A stretch of 64,000 nucleotides of DNA. It comes from Eledone cirrhosa (Eukaryota). The translations under genes were made by a program, and so were the position numbers. The notes beneath the pieces were generated by a model, which worked only from the letters and a program-made list of their open reading frames with translations, was not told the DNA's origin and made no database searches. Position 1 is the stretch's first letter; every line of letters begins with the position of its first letter. The stretch is from contig OZ024744.1 in NCBI GenBank assembly GCA_964016885.1, positions 83,576,001 through 83,640,000 on the forward strand. Reading direction: 5' to 3'. Of the stretch, positions 27,068 to 41,098 are shown piece after piece.

Positions 27068-28511
27068 TTAACATTGATCTAATTGAGAAGAAAAAATGGA
27101 ATGTAAAATAAGACAATAGTTTTAAAAAAAGCGGAATATCGATATAGAAACTTATATATAAATGTGTGTGCGCGCGCACACGCGTTTGTGTGCGTGTCGG
27201 TGTGTAAACCAGCGTTCGAATCGGCGAACCCTTATGGTTGATTCGCAGCCTTCTAGAAATATCAGTCAGGCGGGATGATTTTTTTCTTTTATGATATTAT
27301 AAAATTAGTATCAATCAACTTATATACCCTTATTCCATTGCTGCGCTTACATTTCGATTCTCACTTTTCGTTTTTGAGTGATGCTGGAAGGAACCAACCA
27401 ACAAATATTTTTCTTTTGTATTATGTATAGATTATATATTAATACAAACTTTCTATTATATCATAAACATTTACATATTTCCATCTATAAATAAATATAA
27501 GTATGTATACGTACATAGATATATGTTTACAGACGTACAGTAGTATGTATATATATACATACATGCACACATATATATATATATATACGTATGGGTTTAC
27601 CGAACATTTATTATAATGTTCGGATGTTTGTAAACAAACAGCCCGAATTACGCCGTACAGTGTTCGGCAACCATCGTCGCCTTTTTGTTCAACACTGACA
27701 CAGGAACGATGTACTAGTTTCAAGCTTATTAGCTATCGTCAGCATCGTATAGCTTCCTGTCAGATGATTGAATGTTTGAAAGTATATACTTTCCTTATGC
27801 ATATTAACGGCTGAGCAGCCTAATTTGCATATCGAGTGAGTTAGTCGGCCGGGCGTACTGAAAACGATAAATGGAAAAGAATGAAACGAAATTTCATTTC
27901 TCACTATTAGTACGGCTGATACTTAAATGTAAGTATGTATACGTACATACATATATGTACATAGACGTACATTTATAAATATATGCACGCAAAACCCATA
28001 TTTGTCATAATAATAAACAAACGTCAAGAACAAATTATGTATTCGTTTTATTAATGATTTTAAAGGCCCCCTGTAGCAACAAAAGTTCATCGGCTGCCCA
28101 TCAAAAATGACATGGATAGATTTCAAAAAGAAACAAACATTAGAATGCTGGTAGATGCATAAACATGAAACGGTTAATAAAAATATACACATCGAACTGT
28201 CTGCAAGAACTGTCTGCAAGAGTAACAATGCTATGATACGTGCATGTGTATCCGCTAATAGGAACACAAGTAAAGCAAGGATAAATAAATGTCTAAATAA
28301 ATGTCTAATAAAGGAAACATTAACCCCAGCAGATGTAACAACTCCCAAGAAGGCTTAGAAATAGAAATTAATAGAATGTCAATATTGGAAACTAAACAAT
28401 GAAAGAAAATCATACGAATTTAGAGATAGATAATATAACAGGTTTAGCTCAACTACAACACAATGAAAATGTATCTTTAAATATAAGTTTTACAGCACTA
28501 AGGCACTAGTA

Positions 28512-28697
28512 GTGGATTGGCAGTATCGGTAGAAGGTCGGACGCGATGCTTTAACGTATAGAGTTACGTCCCTTGCCATTCTGAGTTCAAATCTCGCCGA
28601 GGTTAACTTTGCCTTTCATCCTTACGGGGTCGATAAAATAAAGTACCAGTAATGCACTGGATAATTGCTGGCCTTGTGCCAAACGTAGAAACAATTA
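28512..28697 (+). mobile_element. tRNA-derived SINE
   Basis: Full A box, B box, core and tail. Confidence 0.9.
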
Positions 28698-28869
28698 TAA
28701 TGAAATCATTTATATACAATGTATAAATACACATTGGATAATATCACCCTAGTTACACGATATCTGAAAAGATGATTGGTCACCGCTGGAATACCTTTGA
28801 GGATAGTAGTACTCGATCTGAGCTGAGTTGGGTCTAAACTTCAGCAACTGTTATGTATAATAATAATTT

Positions 28870-29270
28870 CTTGCAGATGTACAAAAGGAAAATAGTTTAG
28901 TCAATTACGTCGAACCAGAACATCGTTACTTTATCTACTGCAGAATGATGAAAGGTGAGTTTGATCTCGGCTGCGTTTCAATCCAGAACGCAAAGGGATG
29001 AAATAAATAATGCAAGGCATATTTGATGACACCGTCAAGATTTTGCCAATCTAATGCCTTTGGTTTGCGGTTAAGGCTCAAAGCTAGCAATTTATGGGAA
29101 GGTGGAGTCAATTAAATCGGCCTCAGTATTTGACAAGTATTTTATTTATCAACTCTGGAATAATGAAGGCATATATAGTTCAGCGAGGTTTGAAATCCGA
29201 ACGTAAAATTCTGGGAGAAATACCACATGGTATTTTGTCCAGCGCTCAAACGATTCTGCTATTCATCAGC
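28870..29270 (-). mobile_element. Two old diverged SINE copies
   Basis: gaatgatgaaaggtgagtttgatctcggc and aatgaaggc...gaggtttgaaatccgaacg motifs. Confidence 0.55.
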
Positions 29271-29384
29271 CCTGCTGTGATATATGATAATAAAATAAAG
29301 TTACAGTGATTCCACTTTAATTACATCAGTTGTTTTATTAGGGAAAGCCATGGGTGTATACCAATATTAAGTGGATGGCATTAT

Positions 29385-29779
29385 TGGATTGGTAGTATCG
29401 GTAGGGGCGGTGGATTGGCAGTATCGGTAGAGGGTCGGACGCCATGCTTTCCAGCATAGTTATGTCCCTTTACGATCTGGTGTTCAAATCCCGCCGAGGT
29501 TGACTTTGCCTTTCATCCTTACGGGGTCGATAAAAGAAAGTACCAGTAATACACTGGGTAATTGCTGGCCTTGTGCCTAACGTAGAAACAATTATTGGAT
29601 TGGCAGTATCGGTAGAGGATCGGACACCATACTTTACAGCATAGTTACGTCCCTTTGCGTTCTGAGTTCAAATCCCGCCGAGGTTAACTTTGCCTTTCAT
29701 CCTTACGGGGTCGATAAAATAAAGTACCAGTAATGCACTGGTATAATTGCTGGTCTTGTGTCCAAAGTAGAAACAATTA
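29385..29779 (+). mobile_element. Head-to-tail SINE dimer with a duplicated 5' stub
   Basis: Copies at 29405-29594 and 29595-29779. Confidence 0.9.
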
Positions 29780-30167
29780 TATATTATACATTTTTGCCGG
29801 TTCCTTTAATATGCCTCATTATGGGCATTTAAAAATATAAGCAGAATGTAAGTGAGCGCGTAATTGATTCAGTGGTTACAAAGTTTGTTTCGCAAAGGTA
29901 AGGTCTCGGCTTTGATCTTACGCAAGTGGCTTTTACTACAACATATGATTGCCCCAAACATTGTGAAGAAAATTAAACAGACAGAAGGTCTGTTGAAATC
30001 TATCAGGTAGAGTACGCCTGTAATTCAGAGGATGTTACTGATTCTGTCTGAGAGTTATGTTAAACTAGAATTGTTTTCAACATGCTGACGCGTGTATGAG
30101 TATTTTATTATAAACACGCAAACTAAGACACACTTATAAAAATAATTTGCTCAAATTTATATATAGA

Positions 30168-30910
30168 CTACATGGCCCGTCCGGCGGGCGCCCGGTTAGT
30201 TATACCGGCATTTTATCTTTTTAGGATTCCCCAGTTCAGATGCCAGTACGTTAAAGAAAATTGATAGTTACAACAATAAAGGCTGAACAGAGAACACATC
30301 TTTTTAACAAACTTTACAATAATTTGTACAAGCATAATGGAAATTCCAAGTAACAGAAAATACATAAATTACATGGCCTCAGAGTATACAATATTTTTTG
30401 TTCGGCCCTCGGGAGCAAAGATGAAGAGATTGTTTGGCGAGCTCACCCTAGAGCATCCTACATACAATTGACCATGGGAGAAGCATGGTTTTCCCAGATG
30501 AAAGCCAGTCACTTTTCGGGTTTGACCCTGAGCTTTGATGATGGTAATCGCGAAGCTTAGTCTCTCTGTTGCTCTAGTAACATTTTTTCTTCTAGAAAAT
30601 CTGATCTTGCGGCCAGGCTGGGACTTTTTTGGGTGGCATATCGGCAATAACAATAACGATAAGCCGTCTGTGCTTTCGTGAAATAAATACGTTTGCTTAT
30701 ATTTTGCTTTTGTGTATGCAAACATATCTGTACACGAATATATAATGATATATTTATTAAAATAACAGATTAAAGTTTAAGCAAAGAATCGCTGCTTTCA
30801 CCCTTAACGGGATCTTCTGAAACTAAAAAAAAATCAATCTGTGAACACAGAAGAAATATTTCGAAAAACGTTGTAACCGAAGGAAAACAGGAAGACGATA
30901 CTTTGGTTCG
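30168..30910 (-). mobile_element. Non-autonomous Helitron with a helicase C-terminal remnant
   Basis: SFAITIIKAQGQT..CFSHGQLYVGCSRV..TKNIVYSEA; 3' hairpin gcccg-ccgga-cgggc then atgtag|t. Confidence 0.85.
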
Positions 30911-31016
30911 TGTAGACGTTCCCTAGCAATGAACGGAAAAAAAGCGAAGATAATACGTCATTATATGGAGCAATGAGAACAATTACACGCAAAGACAAAA
31001 CCAAGTCATGGTATAA

Positions 31017-33045
31017 ATGAAGTCGTAGACTAAAATTCTATTTAGGAAACCGAATCATTCTCTGCTAAGAATAATTGTTTCTACTTTTGGCCAGCAATTA
31101 TCCAGTGCATTACTGGGAAAAAGTCCCAGCCTGGCCGCAAGGTCAGATTTTCCAGAAGAAAAAATGTTACTAGAGCAACAGAGAGACTAAGCTTCGCGAC
31201 TACCATCAACAAAGCTCAGGGTCAAACCCTAAAAGTGACTGGCCTTCATCTGGGAAAACAATGCTTCTCCCATTCTCTGCTAAGAATAATGTAAATAAAT
31301 TAGTAGAACGAAAATGACAGAGGTTATTGAACTCATCAATAATTAAATATATACATACATGCATCCATATACGTACATACCCATGCATACGCGAAAACAC
31401 CCGCCATGGTATGAATCTATACAAGCACGTACACATAAACACGCGCACACATACAAAAACCCGCGCGACACCTGTACCCGCACACATACGAACGTATACA
31501 CCAAATACACATACAAAATATATACACATATACACATAACCATATACACATGTACCAGTATATATAATATATACACCTATAACAAATACAAGCAAATATA
31601 CGGACGGGAAAGTATACATACCTTCACAAAACATACGGGTAATGTATACTTACCTATACAAATAAGTAATGATATAAACATAAAATATACTTAGCTACCA
31701 CACGAAGACGTAAAGTATCCGCGTATAGTTCGTATTATCCGTTAGGGTATAATGTGAGGCTGTAATTCAGGAAAGTTTTATGCTATTTATGTTTACAAGC
31801 CGAAATTGCCTCAGATTCTTTTAGCGTAGATTATTTCCAGGGCTTCAGCGGTGCAAAGATCGCATGGTCTTTTATTCCAGTTATACGATCTAGACTTAGC
31901 TAGTATCTCCCAGTGTAACCTATATTGGGTGTGGTTGTCTTTTAGACTCCAGATATAAGTTGAAAATGAAGTCATATTCCTTCTTAAAGTGTTAAGAAAA
32001 GAATGGGTGTGCATGCAAAGACGTTGCTTGAATCTATTGGTGGTTAACCCTATGTAGGCCCTGTTTCGACCTTACATTTGTAGACAATGTTACTGGAGAG
32101 GCATTTCCCGCATAGGGGGCAGTCATCCTGATTCCTACAATTACAGTTAGTACTAGTTGCACGTGTTCCTATGACTAGGTAATTTAGCTAAATTTGAAGC
32201 AGTGATGTTATGTGCAATGTTAGGAGTCGTAGAGTAAGAAGTTTTAATGGTATTTCTATTAAAAATGTCATTATATTTAAGGGCTGAGGGGAAATGTTTC
32301 TTAATAAGGGAGAGAAAGATCTTAGCTAATGGTGTGGCCACCTACATATTATTTGGTGTGTTATACCATATAATGCGTCGGAATCTATTTTTCCTTGGTC
32401 TATGCTCATACTTAGTATATGCTACCTTATCGACACCTTAACGGATAGTACGAACAATACGCGAGTAATTTTCGTCTTGATGTGGTAGCTAGGTATATTT
32501 AATGTTTATACCATTACTTTTTTTGTATAGGTAAGTATAAATTACCCGTATGTTTTGTGAAGGTACGTATACATTCTCGTACGTATATTTGCTTGTATTT
32601 TTTATAGGTGTATATATTATATATACTGGTACATGTGTATATGGTTGTGTATATGTTTATTTTGTGTTTGTGTGTATGCGAGTTTGCACGTATGTTAGGT
32701 GTGTATATGTGTACTTTGTGTTTTGGTTGACGTCGTTTAGTGAACATATGTGTATTTACCTGTAGGAATGTGTGTTCGTGCGTTATATACGTATTTATGT
32801 GTGTATATTTATATGCGTTTATATAATTATATGTATACACGCACACACACACATATATCTTTTTCATGTGTATTTGGTGTATAAGTTCGTATGTGTGCGG
32901 GTACAAGTGTCGCGCGGGTTTTTGTATGTGCGCGTGTTTATGTGTACGTGCTTGCCTTGTGCCAAAGGTAGAAACAATTATTCTTAACTCTGAAGTCGAG
33001 AACCATTCGGTTTCCTAAATAGAATATTAGTCTACGACTTCATTT
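31017..33045 (-). mobile_element. Nematis-type PLE 3' fragment enclosed by long inverted copies of its 3' region
   Basis: RRIMWYNTP..FLSLIKKHFP..IFNRNTIKTSYS..CNCRNQDDCP..YIGLT..CDLCTAE at ~31790-32400; arms 31017-31748 / 32435-33045. Confidence 0.8.
31076..31270. mobile_element. SINE 3' end fused to a Helitron helicase fragment, flanked by 20-bp direct repeats
   Basis: cattctctgctaagaataat at 31056-31075 and 31271-31290. Confidence 0.75.
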
Positions 33046-33439
33046 TTGAAGGGCTGTGAAATCTTGTATTCGTTTTTTTTTCAACTATTCTTATTCATTT
33101 TGGGGACTATGTTGAAAAATAAACCTCATTTGGTCATTCCATGAGAGTATCTTGGTCAGTCTATGAACTTTTCAGACGACCATCGCAAGTCACTAATTTG
33201 TTAACCATGTTAAGTCAGTGTGATAAACATCATTATTATAATCAATATCATGATCATCATCAACAATACCATAATCATTATCATAATAATGTTTTTTTAT
33301 TTGTTTTGACGTGATGTTGCAAAGGCGTCTAAATAACGAAGATGGATAGAAACAACCAGTTGCGATTACCGACATTATAAATTATGATTGTCATGCCATT
33401 AGTAGTGTGACATTATTCTATTGATGTTAACAACTACAA

Positions 33440-33824
33440 ATGGAAGTTGTCTCCCGTTTCAGAGCCTTCCAGTCTCAACTTTGATTTTCAGCTTGTGTTA
33501 AAAGAAATACAGTGTGTAGCTCGGAGATCAGAGAGGCTCTCCATGTAGAACCGTTATTTCTCCAAATTGAGAGATCACTACAGACGTGTGGCTAGAATGT
33601 CTCAGGAAAAAATCGCTGGATAGATTTTACGGGCAAAACCAACCGACAGGAGACCCAGGGATAGACTCCGAGAAAGATGATTGGATAACATCCAAGAGCT
33701 CAGCTGGTCTCGCTTTGGGATCCAACTGGATTAATTAGAGAAGAAGAAGAAGAAGAAGAAGAAGAAGAAGAAGAAGAAGAAGAAGAAGAAGAAGAAGAAG
33801 AAGAAGAAGAAGAAGAAGAAGAAG

Positions 33825-33854
<30 letters not shown>
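33440..33854 (+). mobile_element. RTE-clade (Expander/Rex3-like) 3' fragment followed by (GAA)n
   Basis: SSEIREALHVEPLFLQIERS..RMSQEK..KPTDRRPRDR..LSWSRFGI. Confidence 0.75.
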
Positions 33855-33856
<2 letters not shown>

Positions 33857-33908
33857 GTAGTAGTAGTAGTAATTGTTGTTGTAGTATACTTTATCATTGT
33901 ATAATAAT

Positions 33909-34095
33909 TGTTTCTACTTTAGGCACAATGCCAGTAATTACCCAGTGCATTACTGGTACTTTTTTCTATCGACCCCGTAAGGATGAAAGGCAAAGTAAAC
34001 CTCGGCGGGATTTGAATTCAGAATGGCAAGGACCGTAACTCTATACGTCAAAGCATGGCGTCCGACCCTCTACTGATACTGACAATCCACCGCCC
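33909..34095 (-). mobile_element. SINE with 12-bp TSD
   Basis: TSD ttgtataataat on both sides. Confidence 0.92.
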
Positions 34096-34319
34096 TTGTA
34101 TAATAATAAAGAGATATCCTTTCAACAAATATTGCTAGCTTCTGTATTTGAGAATGTGTTGTATTAATTAAACATTTCTGGAGTTGTGCTAAATTTAAAA
34201 ATAATTAATTAAATATGCCGTACAAGGATTAAGCTGCAGCGAGGTGAAAGATATTCATGAAAACGTAGGACCCGGCCATGGGTTTATACGGCCTAGATAA
34301 CACACACATACTGATCCTT

Positions 34320-34399
<80 letters not shown>

Positions 34400-34601
34400 A
34401 CCCTCTCTCCCTCACTCTCTTACTCTCTCACTCTCTCTCACATACACACACACACACACACACACGCACACACGCACACACGCGCAACACATATGGACAT
34501 ACATATACAACAGTCCTGCATAAGCATAACTAATCACCTTCATATGTGCAGATTAACATACCTACAAATATTTACAGATATTATAATAATATTATTATAT
34601 A

Positions 34602-34728
34602 GGGCGGTGGATTGGCAGTATCGGCAGAGGTTAACTTTGCGAATCATCCTTACGGGATCGATAAAATAAAGTACCAGTAATGCACTGGTGTAATTGCTGG
34701 CTTTGTGCCAAAAGTAGAAACAATTATT
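34602..34728 (+). mobile_element. Internally deleted SINE
   Basis: A box joined directly to gaggttaactttgc core; B box lost. Confidence 0.85.
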
Positions 34729-35070
34729 ATAATATTATCATTACTCACTCAGGAATACATTTAGGTATCCACTACATTAAAAGCGAAAACAAAATTTGTT
34801 TTAGAATTTTCTGCAAAGCCGGTCGTAAACTTGCTCGTTATGCAAATGAGGCTATTCAGCCAATGTATACATTTGAGAATAATATTTATTCCAGCGAGTA
34901 GCAACGAGCAAAATACACAATCTTGACAAGGAGCAAAACATTCCGAAATAATTATCAAAAGTCGATTGTTTTCTGTCAACTACCACTGGAACAAAAGAAT
35001 GACGTTGCCATCTACTACCATGTGGTGTGTATGAGGCTGTTTACTTATAAACAAACTGAATATTAATAAT

Positions 35071-35243
35071 TGTTTCTACTATTGGCACAAGGCCAGCAAT
35101 TATCCCAGTGCATTACTTTATTTTATCGAGCCCGTAAAGATGAAAGGTAAAGTTAACCTCGGAGGGATTTGAACTCAGACCATAAAGGAGCGTAACTCTG
35201 TGCTGGAAAGGATGGCGTCCGACCCTCTACCGATACTGCCAAT
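35071..35243 (-). mobile_element. SINE
   Basis: Matches family consensus. Confidence 0.88.
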
Positions 35244-36210
35244 GCCAATTCACCGAATATTAGTAATATTATTAATAATCATTCACGAATACAAATATAT
35301 ATATATATAAATAGATGTGTGATGCATCTGTGTGCGTGTTTGCGTGCGTATGTGTCTGTGTGTGTATGCGTGTGTGCACGTGCAATGAAAATAGCTACAA
35401 GAAAGGGCAGTCCCTTCATTATCCTTAGTTTGCAGTTTTCCAAGCTCTATTAGCTCATGAAACCATTGGTTGCAAATGAAATATTTGTTCACGTGATTAT
35501 ATTTGGGTGTGTATGTGTGTGCGCACACACACATCAGCACGTTTGTTTTCATATTCACACATATATTTTCCTCCGCTGTGACACGTCTATTTCGTTCTTA
35601 CTGCTTCCTCTTTCTCTGTATCTTTCACCTCCCTTTACCCTCTCTAACAGTCACTCTCTCTGTTAGCCTCTTTCTCACCCTTCACTCACTCACTCTCTGC
35701 TACTACCTCTCCTACTTCCTCCCGTTTGACCTGTGCGTAATTCTTTTCTCGCGCACACTTGACCAGGCTGGTTGTTCCTTTTTTCTCTTTTGTCTACGAT
35801 TTCACAAAACTTATGTTCACCGAATTCAGGGACTAGACTCCATCTTCCTCCCGTTTGACCTGTGCGGAATTCCTTCCTTGCTCACATTTCGACTAGGTTT
35901 GATGGTCTTTATTCTCTCTCGTTCACGATTTCACCGAACTTATATTTATAGAAATCTGGCACTTGACTCTTTCTTCCTCACTTTTCGTTGCATTAACATC
36001 TTTAATTGTTTACAGTCTCGCTCGTTCCCCTTATTTACGTGTCCCAACGACTTTCTTTAGCCGTTGCTCGCACCAACCGGAGGTATATGTTCTTTAAAGC
36101 GATGAAATACCAATGAAGGTTGGAAGATCATTGATGAAGGACTAACTTTATGCATATATATATACACTGTTTATTTTAGAAAATATCGTATATTTTCACT
36201 AGCTCTGACA

Positions 36211-36292
36211 GTTGGCAGGTGAACAGTGAACTGTACTGATGAAGGGTGTTACCCAGAAACATTATTGTCTGCAGTTCTGTTTACATGCCAAC
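36211..36292 (+). ncRNA. Type I HHR with long stem I
   Basis: gttggcaggtgaacagtgaactgta-CTGATGA-a-gggt-gtt-accc-a-GAAAC-attatt-GTC-tgcagttctgtttacatgccaac. Confidence 0.88.
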
Positions 36293-36384
36293 ACAAGAGC
36301 AAGAATGAAGGGCTCATTCTACTGATATAGCTTTAAAAATGAGGCTTGTTCGCATAATTGCAAACGAATCGAATATTATTATTA

Positions 36385-36571
36385 TGGATTGGCTGTATCG
36401 GTAGAGGATCAGACACCATGCTTTGCAGGAAAGAGTTACGGCCCTTTATGGTCTAAGTTCAAATCCCGCCGAGGTTAACTTTGCCAATCATCCTTACGGG
36501 GTTGATAAAATAATGTACCAGCAATACACTGGGATAATTGCTGGCCTTGTGCCAAAAGTAGAAACAATTAT
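36385..36571 (+). mobile_element. SINE
   Basis: Matches family consensus. Confidence 0.88.
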
Positions 36572-36633
36572 TAATACTCGAAAAACTCAGATTACATTTA
36601 TTGTATACAGCCATGTAGAGCGAAAATTTGTTT

Positions 36634-36666
<33 letters not shown>

Positions 36667-37044
36667 TAGAAAGTGAGGGTTTTTTTACATAATGAAAAAA
36701 AAATAGATGTCCTACACGAGTGAAAGTATAAGGAAAAAAGATGAAATCGAAAATGCAACTGGAGTCTTTTAAAAAAAATATATATATTTGTTCTTGTGCC
36801 TTTCAAAAGCAAAATCGAGATGGAGGGTTTGTGGATTTTCTCGCATCTGGTTGGTGCTCGAATGTTACTTCTGTTTTATATAGAAAAAAGTGGGTCGAAA
36901 TGCTAGGTTTTTAGAAAAGTAATTTGGTTGGTTGATGACTGTCATGTGAATAAGTATAACAAATATATATATATACAATATATATATACATATACATACA
37001 TTTCTATATATCTATATATCTATACACACACACATACACACACA

Positions 37045-37080
<36 letters not shown>

Positions 37081-37662
37081 CATACCTGTATATACATATA
37101 TATATATAACTAAACAGCTACACACTTACAGAGGGGGAGAAAATAGAAAATATAAGGAAAACAAGAAAACTAACACAACGCATTATACGTCTACCTGTTA
37201 TATTCTTTTTTCTTCATTATTTCACAGTGAGTTATTATCTTCTACGATTATTTTTCCTTTTCCTCGCATTATTAAATCTTTCTTTCTCCCTAGACATACA
37301 GTCTATAGTCCCCTATTTCAGTCGTTCTATTATTTCAACATTCTTCTTTTAGTTATTGTACATTTTAAGTTTCTTATTTATTTCATCTTTTTTTTTTCCT
37401 GTCTTCATCATTTTTCTATTTTTTTTTTTGTTTATCTCTTTCATTCATTATCGTCTTATCTTTTTCTTACATTGTTTTATGTCTTTTATTCATTCTCTTA
37501 TTAATTTTTGTATAGATTCATATCTGTTGTTTTATATTTTTCTTTACCTCCCTTAATAGCGCTCTTTACATCTGTTTTTTAATAAATATTTTTTTGTTCC
37601 ATACATATATGAAAGCAAGCGTGTATATGGTGTCCGTATGAACATATATATATATATATATT

Positions 37663-37774
<112 letters not shown>

Positions 37775-37779
37775 TACGC

Positions 37780-37810
<31 letters not shown>

Positions 37811-37828
37811 AAATATATATAATATATA

Positions 37829-37943
<115 letters not shown>

Positions 37944-38158
37944 TATATCTTTCCGTTTGAAGCAGTCTCTCATGATCTATTATACACTTGTGATAATTAA
38001 GACTTAGACACAATCTTTGAAAACGAAATAGGTGGATGTAAAATACTATGCTAATTTTAATATTAATGAAATAAGATTGAGTAAGAAAAAACCAAACCAA
38101 ATGCCCTTTTCCTAAATATGTAAATACAAGATTGTACGTGTGTAAGCATGTATATATA

Positions 38159-38240
<82 letters not shown>

Positions 38241-38458
38241 AAAGAATAGAGGTGTAACACACAAGTTATGATATATTGGTAAACGGAATAGAATATGCTG
38301 ACAATTTGTTCACAGTGAAAAAAGTTTAATTAGGAATAAGTGATAATTAGTAATAGTATTGGTTAGTATTAAGTTTTGGTTTTAAGTTTTACCGGTTGCG
38401 CATTTCTAATGCTTTTCAAAAGTAATTTTGAGATAGAGCGTCCGTGATGTTTGCTCTG

Positions 38459-38613
<155 letters not shown>

Positions 38614-38649
38614 TATATATACATACATATATATATATATATACGAACT

Positions 38650-38895
38650 GAAATGGCTCTTAGTAATAAACACTACTACTGTGATGAAAATACTAAATTT
38701 CCTATATACCACTTACACCACCCACTCTCTCTACCGCCTATTAACCGAGATCTCGTCATCAAACTCTCCAGACTTAAGCCGTCTATTTTTAGCATATTTC
38801 TGAAACATAAAAAGGTACTTCCTAACCTCTCCAGGAAAGAATACCTCATTCTAAACAACATGCGAAAGAAGGACCTCGTATACCTCCCTCCCTAA
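38650..38895 (+). pseudogene. Possible PLE N-terminal remnant
   Basis: [23 protein letters not shown] resembles the NLS.EE..AL..L...D.VI.PADK motif. Confidence 0.45.
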
Positions 38896-39468
38896 AATAG
38901 ACCCTCTCTTAGCTATTTCCTATAGATTAGCCAGTATATCTAAATCACTGCTACTCATAATTGGGTACTTAATTGAAGACTGTACACCTGAGCCCACAAC
39001 GCACCACCTAACATCTACTCTATCAATGTCACTTAACTTTCGCTAGTTATAATCAACATTTCTTTTTAAAAATACACCACAGTTACTTCCCTTAAATAAT
39101 TACGCCCCTTTGTAAGCGCCATTTTAGATTTATAAATCTGTCCTCATTTTAAAAATGAAATATGCGGATTAAACCAAGAACTCCGACGTATACTTGCCTC
39201 TGATTTTTCCTCTGAAGGAATAATTATTCCAGTAATGGTAAATTTCCTTTGCTGTTTTACAGATTGGACTGCCCTCCAGCAACATCATTAGAGCTAATAA
39301 TATTTCTTCTCTAAAGATTCTAAGAACAAATTCTTTATAATAATATGTATCCATACGCACCCATATAAACATGTTATATAGATATTCAGCCTTAGATGAA
39401 AGAACGTGAAAGGAGTAAATTTTGTTTTTAAATTTATTGACTTCTCTATTTATTTTTGCTTCTCTCTC

Positions 39469-39525
<57 letters not shown>

Positions 39526-39534
39526 TTCTCTCGT

Positions 39535-39580
<46 letters not shown>

Positions 39581-39678
39581 GACTTATCGTCCCCTACTTT
39601 TGCTCTTTACTCTCTTTACTCTTTGTTCTTGAATGTTTGGTTGGTAGAGTCCATAACACCAATCAAACCCCTTTTATA

Positions 39679-39723
39679 GCTCTGACGAATCCTACGGTTA
39701 CGTAAGGAAGAAATATTGTAAGC
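39679..39723 (+). ncRNA. Minimal HHR
   Basis: gct-CTGACGA-a-tcctacg-gtta-cgtaagga-a-GAAAT-att-GTA-agc. Confidence 0.7.
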
Positions 39724-39764
39724 CAATAAAAATCTTTTGATGTTGTAGACGCGCTTGTGTTCTT

Positions 39765-39851
<87 letters not shown>

Positions 39852-39853
<2 letters not shown>

Positions 39854-40068
39854 TATTAAAATAACAGATTAAAGTTTAAGCAAAGAATTGCTGGTTTCAC
39901 ACTTAACGGGATCTTCTGAAACTCCCGTTAAGGATGAAAGCAGCGATTCTTTGCTTAAACTTTAATCTGTTATTTGAATAAATATTTGCTCTACGGTTCT
40001 TATATATTTGATATATATTTATCCTTATCGAGCCCTCTTTGGATTTGAGTCTTCAAATTTATTATTAT

Positions 40069-40071
<3 letters not shown>
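39852..40071 (+). mobile_element. pLTR-like mini-insertion with fold-back (family X)
   Basis: Arms 39852-39911 / 39923-39982; (TA)n at both ends. Confidence 0.75.
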
Positions 40072-40156
<85 letters not shown>

Positions 40157-40479
40157 TGGAAACTCTGTTAAGAGTAATGCAACCGTTTGTTAGATTACAG
40201 AAAATGGTGTACTTTTAGGCTACGGCCAGCCACACATACCTGTAACATCTTGAACCAGCAATGCCTGTGATTTGAAGTTTTTTTAAGTGGGGAAAGGCCT
40301 TACACTTGACCAATCCCACTCTCTGAGCATCGAAAACATTACCCGAAACGGAGAACTGGTCAACATCATTGGATGCTTCCGAAGCCGCACGTTTTATTGT
40401 TTTGTTTTTTCAGAGCTTCCCTCTCTTAGAAAGGTATTGTGAATACAACTGGGTGCCTTTCACTCCCGAGTGAAAAAAA

Positions 40480-40685
40480 ACAACGTACATTTGCATGGCC
40501 GTTGACCCAGATGAGTTCCTCCGGCCTTTGTCGCGTCTTGTATTTCATACCGGATGGTGTACAAATATCACCCTCCTCACCAAGCAAGCTTGGTGGCGTT
40601 GCCGGTTTAGTCGCCGACGCCGCGAACATGAGACAGGTTACACTGGGTATATGTTACCAGTAGCACTCGAGAGTGACCTGACACA
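40480..40685 (-). mobile_element. RTE-like 5' UTR fragment
   Basis: ccaccaag..cttggtgaggagggtg; diverged homolog of 58790-58960. Confidence 0.55.
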
Positions 40686-40697
40686 ATATATATATAT

Positions 40698-40821
<124 letters not shown>

Positions 40822-40895
40822 TTGTGTGTGCGTGTGTGTGTGTGCACGTGTGTGTGTGTGCACGTGTGTGTGTGTATGTATGTATATACATATAT

Positions 40896-40979
40896 ATGTA
40901 GATAAATCTACCAAACTATACGGTAGTGTCCAATCCGGATTGGACACTACCCTACATTTTGGTAGATTTATCTACATAC
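40896..40979. repeat. Loopless palindrome centred on TCCGGA
   Basis: tatgtagataaatctaccaaa..ggtagtgtccaatccggattggacactacc..tttggtagatttatctacata. Confidence 0.9.
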
Positions 40980-41098
40980 TTTGCTCCTAACTTTATATAG
41001 GTATTCATATTTTAATATATATATATATATACATAATTTTATGAATCCCTATATATATAGTTGAGCTCTCTTTCCTGTCCATTATCCATATTACAAAG

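Noticed and set aside
29405-29480. tRNA genes
   Set aside because: A and B boxes belong to SINE heads; no cloverleaf
32990-33045. Three-way junction with GAAAC..GTT (minus strand) as an HHR
   Set aside because: CTGANGA is absent here and in the copy at 31017-31060
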